Position numbers and translations under genes: made by a program. DNA of 64,000 bases from Ginglymostoma cirratum (lineage: Eukaryota). Of the stretch, positions 11,951 to 25,110 are shown piece after piece (the first letter of the stretch is position 1; each line of letters begins with the position of its first letter). The DNA lies in contig JAHRHZ010000035.1 in the NCBI GenBank assembly GCA_024137785.1, positions 24,389,601 through 24,453,600 of the forward strand, given 5' to 3'. The notes beneath the pieces are model-generated. The model saw only the letters and a list, made by a program, of their open reading frames with translations. It was not told the origin of the DNA and ran no database searches.

Positions 11951-14479
11951 TGTATGATTTTAAATATAAATCTCTAAATTATTTAATCTCTATTCTAGCA
12001 ACCAAGGACTTTTTGAGATCCCTGTCAACTGTTGGAAAGTTCTTTATTTTAATTTTATTTTGGTTTTATTGAAGAAAATGTGTTGGCTTCAAAACATTCT
12101 ATTAATTCCTTATATGTAGCAACTTAATTTCCTCTCCATCAAAGTTACAGTGCTAAATGGGATAAAGAATCAAATGCCACATGACAACAGTGAGCTGTTG
12201 GCACAACTTGTACAAATATACAGCACATTTTTCTGGACCCTCTGTTTGAACTGGTGCTTTTCACTATTTACACAGAATGTGGAATTCTTTTTTTATTCAG
12301 AAACCAATGAACAACTGTCTTCAACCTTGAATTGCTTCCCTAGGTACTCCATCAATACAAAGTTGGCCTTATGCCTGCTAGTCCCTCCTGGGTCAGCCTT
12401 CTCGTGTAAAATTGAATAAAGGAAAGAATTCAGTAAATCCAAGCATTTGTGTGGTTATTTCCATGACATTTAACAGTTATGCATGTCAGAATGAGTTCAT
12501 CAAGATGATCTCTAATGCATTAAGGCATTGCTTTCTGAACAGATTCTTAAACATTTGCAGTCTGTTGCGGTTTTCTAGCTATGCAGCACAATTATGTAAA
12601 TTCATGAAAAACATTCCCAATGCAATGTAAAAATGAAAATTCATTTTATACAATACTATTTTGCCTCCCATGGTATATCCACAGATAATTTGTAAGCCTC
12701 CAGGTTCAGAGATTGTTTCTAAATGGCAGAGTGAAATCATAACCCATATGGCATGTTTTATAAAAAAACAGTAACTAAGTCGGAAGTACATGAATAATCA
12801 AAGCTTACATCACTTCTCATTTAGATAATAAATGTAGAAGTGATGAAAATAATATCTAACTTAATAGTAGCTTAAATCAACACCAGATCCAGAATGGCTT
12901 CTTCAACTGATTAAACTAAAGTGCATTTGTAACATGTCAGTCAAGCAACAATGCCTATAAACAGTGGCAACATAAGACAGCCCATTCCAACCACTTGATT
13001 TTCAACACCCCAGGGTCTTTGGGGAGTCATAAAGATTCATTTGGAACTACAATAAGTACTTCAATTCTTCATTTTATAAGTAACTGAAACCTGTGGAAAA
13101 CTGAAATAAAATATATTTTAAGTCAGATTTTAAAATGGAAGGCTTGGAAAAGAAATGGGACTTTGTAAGCTGAGCAAAGTTGACTGGGAGATGTTTGCCA
13201 TTTTTTCATTTTGCTGGACTGATCCCTATATGTCATAAGTGTCCTGTGTCATTTGATGCCAAAAACAACACAATCCTCCTCCCCAAAGACCTTTAGGGTT
13301 TTTTGTGACGAATGTTTATTTATTAATAATATACTTTAAAGAGCTCTGGCTTGACCTCAAGTCAGTAAAAGAAACTCATCATTTTCTGGAAAAACCCTCC
13401 AAGTTTGGTTAGATGTTCAGGAAAAGAGGCAACTGATAGGCAGTAAATGTAGTTCATTGGCTAAACTACTGCCTTTATCACAGTTACCATGCTTACATAA
13501 TGTTGCATTATTGTCTAACTTTTTATAAGGCTGTATTATCCCATGTGTGGCTACCATTGTAAATTTTAGAAGGAATAGAGCTGCCATTGACAGAACTTCT
13601 TAATCGTTAGCTGGAACTGTGTGTAATTGCATTGTTTTAAAATGAACCATCGAGACTATTCGGTTCATTTGTTCTCTTTTGTATGAAAGTGATTTAGCAA
13701 TTTTATAGGCATTTTATATTTGTGCAATAAATGGATTTTCATTTTATTCTTTTGACTTCTGCACTACATTGTTTTAAGGATGGCTATTGCAACAAGAACA
13801 TAATTTGCAGTGAAAGATACTACAATTCCTTAGACTGAGAGTTGCTGTACTGAATTAGAGAAATGTATTGAGTTAAGTTAAATGTTTTGATTTTTGTAAC
13901 TATTTAAATATGCTGGAAGCTATGACTTTGTTCTGAAATACCGGGCAGCACTATCATAGTTCTTGAAGTAAACACCTAATGAATGACTGTCTCTGTATAT
14001 TTTGTTGAACTGGTTAGAGAAGTTTAGAACTGTTTAGAGCGGGGAAGGGAAACCATTTAGTTTTTCTTTAGCACAATGGGATGCAGCTAGCCTTAAACTG
14101 TCTTTAGAAAAGTGATATATTCTCATTTCAAATGTACTGATTGGTAATTAATTTAGACTCAAACAATTTTGGATGGAATTGGTTGTTTGATGACTTTAAA
14201 TGACAACATCCAAATATTTGAAACATTTGAATTTTAAATCCACTTCCATTATTCTGAGTTCATTAGCAACACACTTGTCGTATGACAACAGCAAAACAGT
14301 TTAGTTTTACTCCCCCCGCTCCATTCTAACCTCAAAACTCTGATTTTAAAACTATCTGTTCAGGAAGTAGAACAGGTGTCTCTTTAATGTAGAAAGCAAA
14401 ACAGCATACGGATGGAAAGGGGAAAGGGGAAATAATAGGATGAGAGCAATTAAACTTAACTTTTCCATATAAAAGGGAC

Positions 14480-14780
14480 TTTACTCTTTTATCCCCTAAT
14501 AAGATTATGTCACAAACACAAGTACCTAAGAGAAACCTGATTGACAGGCCCCTGTACTTTTATCAGTAACTGTGACACTAAACCCCTCAGCTCTTTGTCC
14601 AATATGGTGATCTGACGGAAGCATGCCACCCTAATCCCCTTATTTGTGTCAGGCAAAGAAAAGAAGACTGACTCACATTTGGATGGCATCAGACAATGGG
14701 GTTACAACCAAGAGCCAAATGAACAGTGGACAGATTTCCCCCTACATTGTGGGGTGAATCTTATTTCTCCCTAATCATGA
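14480..14780. promoter_or_regulatory. Candidate enhancer / conserved non-coding element
   Basis: Unique sequence with a perfect PBX-MEIS/PREP decamer TGATTGACAG (14538-14547), TAATCC (14632-14637) and AP-1 TGACTCA (14669-14675). Conservation was not tested. Confidence 0.35.
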
Positions 14781-15257
14781 TGGGCATGTTTAACCCTTCC
14801 TTCTTCCAGACTGACCATCATTTCCATTGTTTCCACTGCTGTCTATGAGATTATTTGTAATGAGAAACTTACAGTGCACTGTAAAAAATATTCTGTATGC
14901 AAAGACATTTTCATGATCACAGTATCTGAACTACCTGCATTTTCATTGAGAGAAATGCTCTTTTTCAATGTGAATCTTTTGCAATAGCTCAGCACACAAA
15001 TGTGTTACATGGTTTTGTGGTGAACCATACAGAAAATAGAAGTCCCATTTGCTGCCAGTGCATGTGTCCAGAGAGAGGCTTGGTGAGTAAACCTGGTCCG
15101 GATCACTGCTCAGGAATTCTGGTGTGTCTGGATTGGTCTGAGCGTGAGGTGAAAATTTACTGATATTTTGCCTTTTCAGACTTGAACAGAATGCATAAAA
15201 CCTAAAACGAGGCACTAGAGAAAGAAAAAGAACAGAACAAAGAAACCTGAGGTGGAG

Positions 15258-15878
15258 GTGTATGGTTCCTTGAAAGTGGAGTCGCAGATAGACAGGGTGG
15301 TGAAGGAGGCTTTGGTATGCTTGTCTTCACTGTTAGAACATTGAGTATAGGAATTGGGACGTCATGTTGCGGCTGTACAGGATATTGATGGCGCCACTTT
15401 TAGAATACTGCGCACAATTCTGGTCACCCTTCTGTAGGAAGGATGTTGTTAAAGTTGAGAGGGTGCAGAAAAGATTCAAAGAATGTTGCCGGAACTGGAG
15501 GGTTTGAATTATATGGAGAGTCTGTATAGGCTGGGGCTGTTTTCCCTGGAGCATTGGAGGCTGAGGGATGACCATATAGAGGTTTATAAAATCATGAAAG
15601 GCATGGATAGGGTGAATTTATGAGCTGCCAGAGGAAGTGGTGGAGGCGGGCAGAATTACAACATCTAAAAGAAATCTGGATAGTTATAACAATAGGAAGG
15701 GTTTAGCGGGATATGGGTCAAATACCGGCAAATGGGACTAAGTCAAACTGGGATGTGTGGTCAGCATAGACAAGTTGGACTGAGGAGTCTATTCCCATAG
15801 AACAGTACAGCACAGTACAGGCCCCTCGGACCATGATGTTATGCCGATGTTCTGTGCTGTGTAACTCTTTGATTCGAT
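15258..15878 (+). mobile_element. CR1 LINE 3' fragment, with a short inverted CR1 tail at ~15797-15850
   Basis: Encodes PLLEYCAQFWSP...KDVVKVERVQKRF and RLRDDHIEVYKIM. Paralogous to 7250-7912. Confidence 0.9.
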
Positions 15879-18844
15879 AACTATGTTTATATAATGCAAC
15901 TTTACGGCCAGTAAAGCAAATTTGAAGGATAGTCACTGTGGCAATGTAGAAGAGATTATATAATGGGGAAACATGGTTTTCAGCACATACATCTCAGCTT
16001 TGTACCTCCATTGAAACAGTAAAAGAGGTTTTATAGGGCAAAGATTGACAAAACAAGTTAATGGTAGCATAGAACATTTTTATTTAAAAATATACCTTTG
16101 TATATAGACCTTAAAACAACTACTGCAGATGTAATTTGCCATCTTATTTTTATATTATTACTGAATAAGACATAAAATCCTGAAATGAATTCAAATAGTA
16201 TATGTTATGTGGTGTAATTACTTTATGGTATAAAATGCATAACTGAATGAATTTTCAGTCCAACAAAGATGATAAAATGTTCTCATGCTGTTTATTGTTT
16301 TGACATTATCGATGAGTGCAAAAACTTCAAGCAACTGCCCAAGCAGTTGAGTTAAATATCACAATTTACACTGTATCACTTGGAAACATCTATGCTGTTA
16401 TATGTCAATATAATGGTGGAAAATAGATAAAATTGCACACTTCTTGCTGGCTGGTGTAACACCAGAATTATTCTCTGAGGTCAGAATTATACTTTCATAG
16501 CTGCAGCTTTTGACTAACTTAAATTCCTTTGTTCATATCCCTGTGGTAAACCATTTGAAATGGTTATTCCCTGGAGTGCTTTATTTACTTGTCCAACTGT
16601 TTGGAAGTCTGTTAGAGTAAAGATCAGATGCACTGAAACAAATCTTATTACCTTAACCAGCCCAGCAAATTCTTTTCTATCCTTTCTTTATTGACTTCTC
16701 TTCAGCTAGAACTAATACACGTGGGCAAGTATGTCTGCGTCAGCTTGGACTCTCAAATTTAACATGACCTGCTATAAATCATTTTTTTTTGGAAAACAGG
16801 CTGAACCAAAGGCATTTTTTTTAAAAAAACAAGTGCCCTAAACATTCATAGATAAGTGTATGCGTTCACTCAGTTCGTGAAAAATAATTTTTCATGAGGC
16901 TGAAAAATGTCAGAGTGACACAAATAAGACGGTGAAATTTTGAGAAAATCCATACCTTATTTGTCTGTCAGCAATCTTTTAATATTAAATGATTAGTTAT
17001 TCTGGGTGATTCCTGCCTTCTCATAAGGGTCAAAACAATAACAACTAAAAGCATTTTTATTCTCCTTTCAGAATGGCATCATTATTTACTTATATTTTAA
17101 GATTCAGGTATGGCTTGTGTGCTTTCCTCACTCTTGTAGTCCTTAGCAGATAAATAATAGGAAAAGGTAGTAGTTACATATTTACAAATGATACTTCTGC
17201 GACCAGAATCAATATCATTCTCTTTGTTTCTCTCTGTGTGCGTCTTCCTCTCTCTCACACACACACTGCAGAACTGCCGTGCTTGATTTGTTGCCTATCC
17301 AAAGCTAAGGCACTTTATTTTTCATACTTCTGGTATATCAGAAATGGGCACAGTGTGTCCATCTTCTATGGTACAATATTTAAGGCTGGTGGAAGGAAAT
17401 CAGGTTTTCATTAGGTAAACTTTAAAGCATTTTTGCTTGAGTGATAAAAATGACCGTGCTTCGAAACTTCTTGACCTGTTTACCACTGTGGCAGTAATTC
17501 ATAAAAAGTGCCGCAAGCTGAGTGTTACACTGTAAAAACTAACTGCTCTGTTTTATTGGAAACTAGACAATGTTGTAAGTACTGCATCTATCAAAGTGAA
17601 CAAAATCCAGGGTATGTCATGAACCTTTGCCCAGCAGGGTATGGAGCATACTGGCTATCCTGTGCTTTCTGAACAAGAGGTTTTGTAAACTGAAAGAACA
17701 ACATTTGTATCGGGGCCCATTCCCTAGGACTTTGTTGTGGTGTCGCAGCTGATGGTAACTTGCTCTCTTGGAAAAGAAAAATAACGTTAGCAAACGTTTT
17801 CAGATTGAATTTCAGAGCCTCTGTTCTCTGTCCCCAACCCCCCACTATTAGGCAAGATGATTTGTGCTCAGAGGTCCGTGACCTAGGGAAGCATCAAACA
17901 GAGAAGAGGGGAAGCGTTTGGAGGTTCAGAGGAACAGTGGATGTAGCTGACCAATGTAAGACAATGCAGATGTTTCCGATCAGAACTGCCCACCGATGAC
18001 AGGAAAAGCCGCTGCACCAGGCAGACCACTTTGATTTTCAACCAATTTTAAGTCGCAGTGAGTGGTTCCATTTCAGTTCCCGTTATTTGGGGAGTGGTTA
18101 GTCCACTGTTAAAGGTAATACCTGTTGTCTTACGAAAAAGGATCGTATTATGTTCAACAAATCAAATGTATGCCGATGACACTTCCCATCAAAATGAATA
18201 AAACAGTGAGGATTTAAATCGTTTATGAGTATATTCTCCAAAGCTAAGAGGATAGGAGGGAGTCAAAAGTCAATGGGTTCTGCTTCTGTGGGGACAAAGT
18301 TGCTATGAAATGTTAGCCTGATCAACCAGACATTATTAGATCCTGCTAATATTGAAAAATGAGAACTAAGCGCTTCCTGTTTATGTCAGCTTTAATGGGA
18401 ATTATCTGCAGTGATGATTGCTCATTACAAAACAACTGTAAAATCTGCTGATGCAATATTCCAAATCTATTTGAATTGCACCTGTAACATTCCCTTACTC
18501 GCTGTACAAAGCCAATACCACATGCTTTTGCCTATCTATTTCGGTACAATTCATATTAAAATAATCACAACCTGAGGCATCCCTACATGCAACAATTATA
18601 CAGTTTTTTTTGTTCAGCAAAGATCAATCTCTGTGCAAACTTATATCTTCCTTGCTTACTAGTACTTGTATTGGACGGTTCCATTTATATTTCTAAGAAG
18701 CTGAAAGCTTGCAACATCCAGATTTATGTTTTGGAAGGGAAATGTCTGCTACTCCGTAGTCAAGCACAACATCAGTTCTCTACCAGCAATGCCTGAGAAA
18801 TATCACTGGGAGAAATGACAATTTGATGGGTTTTTTTGAACAGC

Positions 18845-19040
18845 AGTACTTGAGAAGGATTGTTGGCCAAGTTACTGTTCTTTGAATCGCACTTAAGTGT
18901 CCCCCCTGAAAGACAGCACATCTGACTGAGCAGCACTCCCTTGGGGCTGCACTGAACTACAGAACAAGATCATGCTAGCCTCCAAGTCTGAGGAGGGAAC
19001 AGTGCCAGCTGAGGTACACTGGTCAAACTGTGCTGTGCTT
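18845..19040 (-). mobile_element. DeuSINE (SacSINE1-like) fragment
   Basis: ctgaaagacagcacatctgactgagcagcactccct...ctgcactgaa...caagtctg is similar to 22140-22220. Confidence 0.5.
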
Positions 19041-21460
19041 GAAAGATGGTAAAGAGTTTTATGTTTCAGCAAATGCCCCATTGCACATCTCTTGTTCAAC
19101 AAATAACTATGCTGATAAATTTTTAATATTTTATTAAAACAAATCACTTAGGAATTAATGAATATAAAGTTCAAGCTTGTTAATGAAAACTATGATATTA
19201 CAATAGCCTTGTTAAGAAAACTCACTTTGCCGGTCCCAACAGTATCTTTGTGTATCATAGTGAATTATGATAAAACCTCGCTAATAAATACTTTGGATTA
19301 TAAACTTTGTTGGTCCCTGTGAGTTTTACTAATGACATGTTACTGGCGCATTTGTTGTATTAGGGTTTTGTGTTGCTGTCACCAGTATATCCCAGAGTGC
19401 GTAATGAATCCCAAAACCTGTAAAACTGGTTTAAAAATCAAGGCTTTTATATATATATAAAGATTGCTTATTATGAATTCTGACATTCTTTTGTATGCAA
19501 CTACTTGTATCTAATAGGATTAGACATGTGAGAAAATGTGAATCTTGAAAGCAAAGTGAATGATGCAGTTGTTTAGCTGTAGGGGCAAAGCCTGCTCACA
19601 CATCACCTCTGAGGTTGAAACAGGTTCATTTGGCACATGTTTGTGGTCTTACTTGCAGCAAGTGTGACAAGAAAACTTGGATGAAAAGAGAAATTCCAAA
19701 GCAGGAAATCTGAGATGGAAAATTCTTGGGAAATGCATGCTGGAGCAGTCAGCAACTGAAAGGGAAAGATTAATTTAGTGTTCTGTGAGGTTCTAATTAA
19801 GGCAAGTTTATCTTACTGCTCTAGATGCAGACTGGTTATCATTTTCACTTTTTGCTTTCAGATGCAAAGAAAACAAATTGAATGCAAAAAGGAACAAGTG
19901 AATGCTGTATGTTTCTTGGCAAGGTTCCAGGCACAAAAGAACTGCTTACTGCAGCTTGAATTACTAATACCCTTGTATTTCAAAAAGAGTCACTATACCA
20001 GTATCTTAAATAGTGTTTAAAAAAGTTGGACAGTCATTGGTGTTTTCATTTCCCCTTTTAAAAGCAAGTTTTTGCTTTAAATTCATACATGGAATGTGGG
20101 TGTTGCTGACTGGGCTATCATTTATTCCCCACTCCTAGTTGCCATTGAGAACATGTGTTCCAAATTGTGCTCCAAGAGCATTGCAAATGATATAGCCATG
20201 TTTTAATTTGTCATTGATTCAAACTTTGTAAATTTTATATGGTAAGTGCAAGAACCCACGTGTATGCAGCATGTTCACAGACCAAAAAGAGTCTCATCAG
20301 TGTGGTAGATCAAATATATAAGCCACAGCAATATTGTACTGTAAGGGTAAAGCAGGAAGATCTAAACTGCATGACATCTCACCTCAATATTGATACATGT
20401 GTGGTGTCTTTAAACTTATTCAAGTGAAAACTTGTTCTAGATCTGGTAATTGTAGACAGCAATCTGACTAAGTGTGCCTGAGCCCAACAGGAGCACTTGG
20501 AAATACTTAGCTACTTAGCAGTTTAACAAGATTCAAAAGATAAACCTTTGTAAGATTTAAGGTTTGTATGCTTTGACTTTGAGCATGCCCGGTGTGACTG
20601 CAGGATATGTCAAGGTCATGAACTATTCCTAATAGCAAAGGTGGTGTTTTTTAGATTGTCTTTATACTGACACCTTGCATCACTCTGGAGTGGTGTTAGT
20701 GTTTCTTGATGTGAAGGTGGTCTTATAACTCTGGAGTCACCACCCGGTCTGATTCTGGGATGCATTAAACCTAAGAACTGTGAGATTCCTCCATGATGCT
20801 GCTTTGATTTGATTCCATGTCGTGTAGAACTCTATGAGAGTGTAAGGCCAGATTTTACATAAAATCATCCTGCAGAATTCTTTAAATGTAATGAATGCAT
20901 ATTGCCCTCCAGGTTTCCCTAACATTAAAAGGCAACAGCCAGAGGAGTAGAGATCACTGGATGTGTAGGACTGTGTTTTGATGGACGGAGAAAAGTTGGA
21001 ACCAAGCACAAGCTGCAGTAAACTTAGGCTTTGCTGGCTCTAGGTTGCATTCCTCAACTCTGGAGGAGGTTAACTCAAACACTGTGATGGTTAAGGTTAG
21101 CTCTCTAGTCAAGGCTAGTACTAACTATTATGATAAGAGGCCACTTTGGAGTACATGGTGCGATAGGGAACCTTGTCAGGTACTTATACGTGTCACAAAA
21201 TCATGGATGGCACATCCCCTATTCCCTGATCTGTTTGGTTGGTGATCTGTGTTGACCACTGGTATCTGCAGAGTGTCAGCTTATTCTTTGTTATCCATTT
21301 GCTTTGCATTTTAAGCTATGGGTTAGATTACGTACTCACCTTTTGTATGTATAGGACAAGTAGAAAAAGTTTCACAGCAGTTTCCAGCCAAGGGGGAGGA
21401 CATGCATTCTATTTCTGTGCCATTTCTTTGTTGAACATTCAAAAACTATCCCAAGGGTTT

Positions 21461-21640
21461 AAAACTGAAAGAATTGTGGATGCTGTAAATCAGAAACAAA
21501 AACAGAAATTGCAGGAAAATCTCAGCAGGTCTGGCAGCACCAGTTCTGAGGAAGGGTCACTCAACCCGAAACATTAATTCTGATTTCTCTCCACAGATGC
21601 TGCCAGACCTGCTGAGCTTTTCTGGCAATTTTTTTTTTTT
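21461..21640. mobile_element. Penelope-like inverted terminal remnant with a hammerhead core on the + strand (21542-21579)
   Basis: Inverted arms aaattgcaggaaaatctcagcaggtctggcagca / tgctgccagacctgctgagcttttctggcaattt enclose CTGAGGA-AGGGTCACTCAACCC-GAAAC. Confidence 0.75.
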
Positions 21641-21865
21641 TAGTCCCAAAGGTTTGTTCCAAAACGTATTGAAAATTGGAGAAGTCAAATCTTCAGAAGA
21701 TTTGTATGCTATCAAAAGCCACACAATACCAGTAGATTTAATAGTATGCCAAATTACCCATTGGTAAATGATAACCTCCTGCTGGCATGGGTCATTATTG
21801 CACCATTACTTTCCAACTCCTCTAAAGCTGAAGCCCCGATGATTGAAAGAAACACTTGTACCAAT

Positions 21866-22275
21866 ATAGGATCTTTCATATTCACAGGACATCCTGAAAT
21901 GCTTTATAGCCAATTAAGTACTTTTGAAGTGAGTCAGTGTTGTCAAAAATGCAGCAGCCAATTTGCACACAGCAAAATCCCTCAAACAGCAATGTGATCA
22001 TGGCCAGATATTCTGTTTTTTTGTGATATGATTGAAGAACAACAACTGAATGAGAATTTCCCTGCTCCCCTTCAAAAGACTGCCGTGGGATATTTCATAA
22101 CCAGCTGAAAGGACACCTGGACCTTGTTGTAATGGCTTATCCAATGAACAACACTTTTGATCATGCAGCACTCCCTCAGTACTTCACTGAAGTGAGTTTT
22201 GTATTCAAGCTCTGGAACATGGCTCAAACTCTCAACTTTTTTGACTTAGGAGGTACGAATATCACAACCTACCAT
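21866..22275 (-). mobile_element. DeuSINE (SacSINE1-like), near full length
   Basis: ttatagccaattaagtacttttgaagtg...gcagccaatttgcacacagcaa...aaacagcaatgtgat...gcagcactccctcagtact is the reverse of the Deu-domain SINE described from dogfish (recalled, not searched). Confidence 0.75.
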
Positions 22276-22854
22276 GATAATGTTATTTTCTCTTTGTTTG
22301 CAATCATCTCCATGAGTTAATTATTTAAAGACACCTTCAATTGAATGTGATTAATACTGTTTTTCAGCAGTACTTTGCTACTGTATTCTTCCTTATAAAT
22401 ATTTATTCAAAAGAACCAATTTTTAAAGCTTCCATTCAAATTTGAATCTGTCAATTTGTAGTGCATGTTTTTTGTTACAGAAAATCCTGATTAGTTAACA
22501 TGATTCCAATCTATCAATTGGCTGCCACAAAATTATTGTTGTTGGACTTTTTTGAAATCATTTTAATTTTCCAGCTGTACAAGAAATGTACCTATTATCC
22601 AAACTAATATATTTAAGCATTTTCTGTTGTTTTCTTTTGCTGAGTATTTCAGAATCTGTTTAAATTCAATTGAAATTCAAGAAATGATTTCAGTTTTAAT
22701 ATTCTAGGCCTTGAAGGAATACAATCCTTATGGAATTTATACCTGCATAAAGGCAACAAGAGAACTATTCATCTAAAAGACAAGATAGACTCTTGTAAGT
22801 CAAATGTGTAAGAATAAATGCCTGGATTGTTGTATGGGTTTACCACACTCAGAC

Positions 22855-23100
22855 TCACAAATTGCAGTACAGAGGAGATTATTCGGTCCATCATGTCTAC
22901 ACTGACTCTTTGAAAGAGCAACATACCAGCTGCCCCCATCCTCTCTCTGAAATCCTGCTGCCTTATCAGGTATAATCCAATTCCCTCTTGAATGCTCAAT
23001 TGAAGCTGCATCTTCTGCACTCTTGGGATCCACATTCCGGATTTTAATCACTCGCTGCATGAATAGATTTCTCCTCATGTCTCCATTGCTTCTTTTGAAG
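22855..23100 (-). mobile_element. CR1-group LINE 3' end
   Basis: The minus strand encodes RRNLFMQRVIKIRN (typical CR1 RRNFFTQRVV-W-N) and carries the tail atgatggaccgaataatctcctctgtactg. Confidence 0.7.
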
Positions 23101-24142
23101 ACATAAAGAGATACTCAGCACAATCATCCCATATAGTTAATCCTGCAGTCAGTTAGTCCCAATTTTAATGACTAAAGTAGTTTGCTGATCCTCCTCTACC
23201 TTTAAGTGCAAGACAAAGTGAATGACCATTCAGAGAAGGAGAAGGGAGCAGCATCTCACGGAGAAGTGCTAGGGATTTAATGTTCAACACAATTCCATCA
23301 CTCCCCCACACCTATAAAAGCATGGCTGGGAGCAGTTCTTTTTGTGGATAATGGCAAAGAGAACTGGTCCTTCTGTTTCCAAAACAGTTGATCAGGAGCA
23401 GAACTGTAACATCAGTTACAGCCTCTGTCACATCGCCCTCTGGTCCCCAGTAGTTCATTCCACCCACGCTGCCATTAAGCTTTTTTAATGAGCATGGATT
23501 CCACTAGGTACAGAGTTTTACCCTGAAGTGCTATTATCATAATATAAGACTATTTGAAAATTGGGCAGTAAAAGTATAACATGCAATAAAATCCAGTCTA
23601 ATGTGGTTTTATCAACTTATGTGCCAGTTGCACAGTGTACTTTCTGAATGTTAGCTAAATTGTTTTTATTACCTTTGTGAAATTTTATGGAGAAAATTGA
23701 TAAATAATGGAAGAACATTAAGTACCTCAATCACTGTAATTTTATGCTGTAATCTAAAATTCACAGTGAAACGTAGGTTAATTACAATTATTTTTTATAA
23801 GGCTCTGTACTGCTTTACTTGAGCAATGCAAAAACCTACAGCCCTGATTAGATTAATGATGACCTTAAGGACAGATTTCTTAATTCCTTGAAATGCTTTT
23901 TTGCATGCCATGAAACCTCCAGATTTGTTTCACCAATTGTTCTTTGCACATTTTGCATGCTATACTTTGGAAATGACTGATTTAAACTAGCTTGCAGTTC
24001 ATATCAGCATTGTTGTGTAATTTACCTGAAAGGAAATGGTTGGCCTGCTAAAACTGGTGCGTGAGGACCTATTCCTTACCTCTTCAGTGTTTACTTGAAG
24101 AGGCAAGTCTAGGAAAGACAGCTTGAATACATGGTGTGTATG

Positions 24143-24187
24143 CATATATATATATATATATATACACTATATATATACGTATATATG
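24143..24187. repeat. (TA)n microsatellite, interrupted
   Basis: catatatatatatatatatatacactatatatatacgtatatatg. Confidence 0.9.
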
Positions 24188-24879
24188 AACATGTTAAGCT
24201 TTTATTTTCTTTGTGATTTCAGTATCACAGCTGTATAGTATCTTTCTGATTTTAACCCTCCTGTCAATTATGTAGCACAATAATTCCAAAAATGTGACAA
24301 ATGTCACTATCATTTATCAATCAAAAAAGTCTTTGCAGCCCAATCATAATGGAAATGACTTTGGAAGAACAAAGTCCATGTTTGTGCACATTTTGCAAAA
24401 TAACAGCACTTTGTAATTATGTACAGCGCTGTAACCTAATATCCAGTTCAGATGACAACGAAAGTAGCTTGCATTCATATAGCCCTTTAATACAGTAAGA
24501 ATTTGCAAGGTGGTTTGCAGGTTTTCGCACATGACTGGGCACCTCACCACATTAGGGTACATCACCAATAATGTTGCAGCGAAGAAGGTTTTAAGGAATG
24601 TAAAGAGGGTGAAACAATTTAAGGATGGAATAGTAGGATTTAGAACATGGCCACTAATTGTGGCATTAAAATAGGGGATCAAAACAGGCCAGAATTGGAT
24701 GAGCACAGTGATTTCATTAACTTCTAAGCCAGACGAGGCCACTGAGATAGGGAAGGCCAAACCAAATATGAAACAATACATGTATTAAGTGTTCTCCAAA
24801 TCTGTTGATTAAGTTGCAAATAAGTTTTATACTCACCTCTCCTGATTATCTATTACCCTGGCAGAAGTCAAGATATTAG

Positions 24880-25110
24880 GCCAAATAGCCTCCTCCTGTG
24901 CTATTACAATTATGGTAAGATTTAATATAAATAAAAGGTTTTATTTATTTGATTTGATTTATTACTGTCAGATGTACCTAGGTTTTGTTTTGCATGCAGT
25001 ACAGGCAGATCATACCATAGAAGGTGCATCGAGGAAACAGAACAGAGTGAAGAAAACAATGTTACAGCTGCAGAGAAGGTGCACAAACAGCGAGATCAAC
25101 ATTAAATTTA
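24880..25110. mobile_element. Short CR1 tail (+, ~24880-24920) next to the reverse 3' end of another LINE (possibly Rex1/Babar-like)
   Basis: ggccaaatagcctcctcctgtgct is followed by tttgatttgatttattactgtca...caggcagatcatacc...gttacagctgcagagaaggtgcac. Confidence 0.45.

Noticed and set aside
19690-19865. Possible sixth Penelope-type fold-back remnant
   Set aside because: Too degenerate: neither the arms nor a hammerhead core can be aligned with confidence.
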